Translations under genes and position numbers: made by a program
DNA from: an uncultured Chitinophagaceae bacterium
GTDB lineage: Bacteria > Bacteroidota > Bacteroidia > Chitinophagales > LD1
Length of the DNA stretch: 64,000 nucleotides
Direction: 5' to 3'
Assembly (NCBI GenBank): GCA_964398475.1
Contig: CAYNMP010000001.1
Span: 211,912 to 275,911 of the forward strand
Shown here: positions 59,470 through 64,000 of the stretch, one piece after another
Numbering within the stretch: position 1 is the first letter of the stretch
How the letters are laid out: each line of letters opens with the position of its first letter
The notes under the pieces: generated by a model
What the model was told of the DNA's origin: nothing
The model's database searches: none
Seen by the model: only the letters and a program-made list of their open reading frames with translations

Positions 59470-60435
59470 ATGGTGTTGAAGGCATTCATTTCAGACAGTA
59501 TTCAGGAAGCAAAAACACTTCTCCAAAACGGGGAAGTTGTGGCGATTCCCACGGAGACTGTCTACGGACTAGCCGCCAATGCATTGAATGCCACTGCTGT
59601 TGCAAAGATTTTCGAGGCGAAAAATCGACCATTTTTTGATCCATTGATTGTACATGTTGCTTCAGTGGAAGAGGCTGGAAAATATGTGCAAGCAATTCCT
59701 GCTCCGCTTTTGCGTTTGATGCACACGTTTTCTCCGGGACCGCTCACTGTGTTGTTGAAAAAAAAGGATGTTATTCCGGATATTGTTACATCTGGATTAG
59801 ATACAGTAGGTATTCGTATTCCAAATCATCCATTAACGCTTGCTCTTTTAGCAGCACTCGATTTTCCCTTGTGTGCACCCAGTGCGAATCCTTTTGGCTA
59901 TGTGAGTCCTACTTCGGCACAGCATGTTTTCAATCAATTAGCCGATAGAATTCCATTCATATTGGATGGCGGGAAATGCGCTGTTGGTGTGGAATCCACC
60001 ATTGTGGGAATGGAAAATGATGAAGTTGTGGTCTATCGTTTAGGCGGTATTGCTATTGAAGAGATTGAGCGCGTTGCCGGAAAAGTAAAATTTAATATTT
60101 CACAAGGTTCAAACCCAAAGGCACCGGGCATGTTGGATGTGCATTATGCACCTTCAACGCAATTGCATGTGGGTGATGTTCGAAGTTTGGCCACACAATT
60201 TCAAGTGATGCGGTTAGGCTTAATTAGTTTTAGTGATGCCTATTCAGACTTCCCATTTATACAGCGAAATATATTGTCGCCTACCGGTAATTTAAGCGAA
60301 GCTGCGGCAAATTTGTTTGAAGCCTTACGTAGTTTTGATGGAGAAAATATAGATGTTATTATTGCAGAAACTTTTCCTGAAGAAGGCTTAGGACGAGCCA
60401 TTAACGACCGTTTGCGCAGAGCAAGCACAAAATAA
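59470..60435 (+). CDS. tsaC: L-threonylcarbamoyladenylate synthase (Sua5 type, with C-terminal SUA5 domain)
   Basis: VAIPTETVYGLAAN, KNRPFFDPLIVH, PSAN, GVESTI, PGMLDVHYAP, INDRL. Confidence 0.95.
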   Translation: MVLKAFISDSIQEAKTLLQNGEVVAIPTETVYGLAANALNATAVAKIFEAKNRPFFDPLIVHVASVEEAGKYVQAIPAPLLRLMHTFSPGPLTVLLKKKDVIPDIVTSGLDTVGIRIPNHPLTLALLAALDFPLCAPSANPFGYVSPTSAQHVFNQLADRIPFILDGGKCAVGVESTIVGMENDEVVVYRLGGIAIEEIERVAGKVKFNISQGSNPKAPGMLDVHYAPSTQLHVGDVRSLATQFQVMRLGLISFSDAYSDFPFIQRNILSPTGNLSEAAANLFEALRSFDGENIDVIIAETFPEEGLGRAINDRLRRASTK

Positions 60436-60440
60436 AACAC

Positions 60441-60758
60441 ATGAACGAAATAAGCGTAAAAGAGTTAAAACAATGGTTGGATGAAGGCAAAGACTTTCAA
60501 CTCATTGATGTACGTGAGCCATTCGAATACGAAATCTGCAATTTAGGCGGGGAGCTCATCCCAATGAACACCATCCCTGATAACATTGATAAAATAAGCC
60601 GAGATCGAGTAGTGGTGTTACAGTGCCGCTCGGGTGGTAGAAGCGGACAAGTGTTAAACTGGCTCGAGCAAAATCATGATTTCGGAAATCTCTTTAATCT
60701 TAGTGGCGGTATTTTAGCTTGGGCGGATGAGATTGATGGGAGTGTGCCGAAATATTAA
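60441..60758 (+). CDS. Rhodanese-like domain protein
   Basis: LIDVREPFEY, CRSGGRS, NLSGGILAW. Confidence 0.9.
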   Translation: MNEISVKELKQWLDEGKDFQLIDVREPFEYEICNLGGELIPMNTIPDNIDKISRDRVVVLQCRSGGRSGQVLNWLEQNHDFGNLFNLSGGILAWADEIDGSVPKY

Positions 60759-60769
60759 GGGAGATTAAA

Positions 60770-61693
60770 TTATTTACAATTCTTCTTCAATAGGGCGACT
60801 GCTCGTTGAGGCTCATTTATTACAGCATTGCCAAAATCTTTACATGCTTTTTCAGGTTGTTTAATCTTAAGGTAAAGTAATCCTCTTTTGCAATAAAGGT
60901 CTTCGTAATTTTTATCTAAAGCTTCTGTTTGATTTAAGTCTTCAATGGCGTTTAGATAATCATTCATCAATTCAAAAATAGTAGCTCTTTGATAATAGAA
61001 ATACGATTTTGATGCATCTTTTCTAATGGCCAAGTTCAAATCCTTTAATGCGGGGCCTGTCTGTTTGAGAGAAGTATAACAATACCCTCTTCTATAGTAG
61101 TAGATTGCAATATTATTATTTCGCTCAATGGCTTGGTTAAAATAGTTTATAGCTTTCGTATATCTGCCCTTGTCCATTTCAATCATTCCTAATAAGTTAT
61201 AGGCTATAGCATAATTCGGATTTATCTGAATCGTTTTTTGGGTATAGATTATTGCGGAATCAATGTCGTTTAAGTAATAAAACATATAGGCGATTTCGGA
61301 ACACATTTCAAAATCATTAGGCGCTAATTCGAATCCTTTTTGAAAATAATATTTTGCACTATCATAATTCTCATTGTTAGAAAAAAACAAACCGTAAGAG
61401 AAGTAGGCATTCACATAATTGGGGTCTAATTGGAGAGCCTTAAAATAGTCATATGATGCCGAATCTTCACCAATGGCAGTTCTATAGAATCCACGTTTAC
61501 CGTATAGTTTTGCATTGGATGGGTCTTTTTCAATAGCAGATGTTGTAGCTTTAATACTGTCTTTGTAATGTTCGTATAGATTCGATTCACTTCCTACAAA
61601 ACAGTCTGTGTTATATGTGTTCTGTTGGCAGTATGTCTTTAATCCTAAAAGGGAAACAATTAGAAATAATAGGGGTTTTGTTTTTATTCTCAT
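60770..61693 (-). CDS. Exported tetratricopeptide repeat protein
   Basis: Signal-peptide-like N-terminus and repeated TPR units (AYFSYG, AYNLLG, YYYRRG, FYYQRA). Confidence 0.82.
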   Translation of the reverse strand: MRIKTKPLLFLIVSLLGLKTYCQQNTYNTDCFVGSESNLYEHYKDSIKATTSAIEKDPSNAKLYGKRGFYRTAIGEDSASYDYFKALQLDPNYVNAYFSYGLFFSNNENYDSAKYYFQKGFELAPNDFEMCSEIAYMFYYLNDIDSAIIYTQKTIQINPNYAIAYNLLGMIEMDKGRYTKAINYFNQAIERNNNIAIYYYRRGYCYTSLKQTGPALKDLNLAIRKDASKSYFYYQRATIFELMNDYLNAIEDLNQTEALDKNYEDLYCKRGLLYLKIKQPEKACKDFGNAVINEPQRAVALLKKNCK

Positions 61694-61709
61694 GAGCTAA
61701 TAAGTGAAA

Positions 61710-63323
61710 TTAACTTTTTTGATTTGCCATCTGCTCCTCCAAACTCACATTCGTATTGCCAGCTTTGGCTTCAATTTTACTCATCGCATATTCGCTTAAA
61801 GCCGTAATGGTAAACGAAGGATTTACGCCCAAATTACAAGGCATTATCGAGCCATCTAAAATGTAGAAGTTCTCGTATCCGTGCACTTTAAAGTTTTCAT
61901 CTACCACACCTTCGGCTTTCGTTAGTCCCATCGGGCAACCTCCTAAAATGTGTGCCGTTGTACTCATGCTGAATAGCACTTCACTAAAGGCATTCATGGC
62001 TACTGCATTAGATTTTTCGGCATATTTATACAATGCTTCTTGTCCGATAGGAATATAACTCGGCACCTTTTCTCCCGATTGATTGTCGAACTTCAAACTG
62101 TTGCCAAACCACCCTTTTTTCAATTCCATTTTCATAGCGTTTGGAATGGATTGCATAATCAATAACACAATCGATTTTTTCGCCACATTGGTTTCGAAAA
62201 AGAAGCGAAACGAGTCGATAGGATGCAAGATCATATTCCCCAACATCTTTGCTGTTCGCACAAAACCATTGCCATCACCTGCAGCCATAACCCCTAAGCG
62301 CATCATCGCTCCACTGCCATCGGGGTATTTGCATAATTCGATGTGTGTATTTTCATCGGGGTTAAACACTCGGCTAATCGCTACACCATGATTTAGTTTC
62401 TCAGGCGCACCGCCCACACCGGCAATCATTTCACTGTTCGTTAAAATGTTTTCACCCAACTTATCCGATAAATTCGGTAGTGTTTTGTGAATGAATTTCT
62501 GCTCAAACAACAATTTCAAGGTGCCTAAAACTCCACCGCTTACTACTAATCCTTTTGAACGGAAAACCTGTTTGTTTTTTGTCACCGAATTCGTCTGACT
62601 TTCCGTATGAATCTGATACTCTTCATTCAAGTTTTCAATCTTCGTCACCAATGTTTCCGCAATAATTTTCGCTCCGAATTGCTGCGCAAACCACAAGTAA
62701 TTCTTATCGAGTGTGTTCTTCGCATTTTCACGGCAGCCTACCATGCAGCCCGCACATTCTGTACATCCTTTTCGCATGGGCCCCAATCCATTGAAATACG
62801 GGTCTTTTTCTTTTTGCGTATCGCCAAAATAAACACCCACATAATCTACCGCCTTGTAGGTGTCGCCTCTGCCCATTTCATCGGCCACTTGTTTCAAGTA
62901 TTTATCTTCCGGGAATTCGCGCAAATATTTCGAAGAGCCTAACATGAATTTTGCCTTTTCGTAAAAGGGCGCTAATTCTGTTTTCCAGTCTTTGATGTTA
63001 CTCCAAATCGGGTTCGTCCAAAAGCTTTCTTTCGGCACCATGTGCGTGTTAGCATACACCAAACTTCCGCCTCCTACACCGGCACCGCTCAGCACCAATA
63101 CTTCTTTGAAAAAATCCAATTTCATGATACCAAACCAGCGCAATGCCGGCACCCACAAAAACTTCTTCAAATTCCAATTGCTTTTCGGAAAATCTTCGGC
63201 TTTCCACCACTTTCCTTTTTCAATCACCAATACGGAATACCCTTTCTCGGACAAGCGCATAGCCGATACCGAGCCTCCAAAGCCCGAACCAATTACAATG
63301 TAGTCGTATATTTCTTCAGCCAT
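61710..63323 (-). CDS. GMC-family oxidoreductase (cholesterol oxidase-like)
   Basis: YDYIVIGSGFGG, GVGGGSLVYAN, CTECAGCMVGC, AKNTLDKNYL, TAHILGGC, LGVNPSFTI. Start placed at MAEEIY (63323). Confidence 0.88.
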   Translation of the reverse strand: MAEEIYDYIVIGSGFGGSVSAMRLSEKGYSVLVIEKGKWWKAEDFPKSNWNLKKFLWVPALRWFGIMKLDFFKEVLVLSGAGVGGGSLVYANTHMVPKESFWTNPIWSNIKDWKTELAPFYEKAKFMLGSSKYLREFPEDKYLKQVADEMGRGDTYKAVDYVGVYFGDTQKEKDPYFNGLGPMRKGCTECAGCMVGCRENAKNTLDKNYLWFAQQFGAKIIAETLVTKIENLNEEYQIHTESQTNSVTKNKQVFRSKGLVVSGGVLGTLKLLFEQKFIHKTLPNLSDKLGENILTNSEMIAGVGGAPEKLNHGVAISRVFNPDENTHIELCKYPDGSGAMMRLGVMAAGDGNGFVRTAKMLGNMILHPIDSFRFFFETNVAKKSIVLLIMQSIPNAMKMELKKGWFGNSLKFDNQSGEKVPSYIPIGQEALYKYAEKSNAVAMNAFSEVLFSMSTTAHILGGCPMGLTKAEGVVDENFKVHGYENFYILDGSIMPCNLGVNPSFTITALSEYAMSKIEAKAGNTNVSLEEQMANQKS

Positions 63324-63413
63324 AGCAGATAATTTATCTAAATGAAGATAAAAAGATATTGTTGTTTTCGATAAACATTGCAACTTTGGAGTTGTTTTAG
63401 ATTAACTATCAAC

Positions 63414-64000
63414 GTGAAAGAATTACACCACATCGAACCGCTCTCGTCTTGGGCCAAAAGTAAAGGTCATCCATTTATTGTGGCCGGCCCCTGTAGTGCC
63501 GAAACCGAAGCACAGGTGTTTGAAACAGTGCGTTCGATAGTGCAGTTCACCGGCAAAGTAAGCATGTTACGAGCCGGTATTTGGAAGCCGCGCACACGCC
63601 CCAATTCCTTTGAAGGTGTGGGTGCTGAAGCCCTGCCTTGGATTGTAGCTGCAGGAAAAGAAGTGGGTCTACCGGTAACCGTGGAAGTGGCTTCACCTGA
63701 ACACGTAGAACTCGCGCTGAAAGCAGGCGTAGATGTATTGTGGATTGGCGCGCGAACAACCGTTTCGCCATTTGCTGTGCAAGAATTGGCCGATGCGTTG
63801 CGTGGTGTAGATGTACCGATGATGGTGAAAAATCCTATCAATCCCGATTTGGAATTATGGGTGGGTGCTATTGAGCGATTTGCCAATGTTGGACTCACGA
63901 AATTAGCGGCTATTCATCGCGGATTTTCTACTTACGAAAAAACTATTTATCGCAACCCTCCGATGTGGGAAATTCCTATCGAGTTGCGCAGACGATATCC
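63414..64000 (+). CDS. 3-deoxy-7-phosphoheptulonate (DAHP) synthase, class I-beta, probably fused to chorismate mutase; runs off the window end
   Basis: Not in the ORF track because it is truncated. Translation from GTG 63414: MKELHHIEPLSSW...IVAGPCSAETE...RAGIWKPRTRPNSFEGVG...IGARTT...KNP...HRGFS. Confidence 0.92.
   Translation, partial: MKELHHIEPLSSWAKSKGHPFIVAGPCSAETEAQVFETVRSIVQFTGKVSMLRAGIWKPRTRPNSFEGVGAEALPWIVAAGKEVGLPVTVEVASPEHVELALKAGVDVLWIGARTTVSPFAVQELADALRGVDVPMMVKNPINPDLELWVGAIERFANVGLTKLAAIHRGFSTYEKTIYRNPPMWEIPIELRRRY

Noticed and set aside
151-63898. The many 60-140 aa ORFs lying antisense or out of frame inside the called genes (e.g. 151-423, 26525-26878, 40668-40892, 63467-63898)
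   Set aside because: They are fully nested in well-supported genes, have no motifs, and their composition mirrors the codon bias of the real gene (shadow ORFs).

Overview
Gene-dense chromosomal segment of a Bacteroidota bacterium, probably Chitinophagales- or Saprospirales-like. The assignment is inferred from T9SS C-terminal domains, SprB-type repeats, TAnnTTTG-type promoter elements and the STAS-rnz/clpC layout. About 48 CDS plus one tRNA with a CAT anticodon (likely Ile2). Most genes are housekeeping or metabolic (thiL, anmK, kmo, recJ, lpxD-like, gcvT, rnz, clpC, phoD, paaN, metG, kup, tsaC, DAHP synthase). Four genes encode T9SS cargo proteins. I found no CRISPR array, rRNA, transposase or integrase. 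Most notable observations: (1) a ~2,270-aa multidomain T9SS surface-protein gene (30510-37339) broken by one frameshift that coincides with a CCAAC tandem duplication, divergent from an uncharacterised helical, regulator-like gene; (2) a six-gene cluster of one winged-helix regulator and five membrane proteins (49793-54031) with two copies of a CTTTG-N5-CAAAG palindrome just before start codons; (3) a TPR/class III cyclase whose catalytic Asn and Arg are replaced; (4) an unannotated 48-aa hydrophobic ORF next to the tRNA; (5) a subtilase with Glu at the apparent catalytic Asp position; (6) a PhaF-like phasin/histone H1-like protein. All product calls come from motif recognition by eye; no database search was run.
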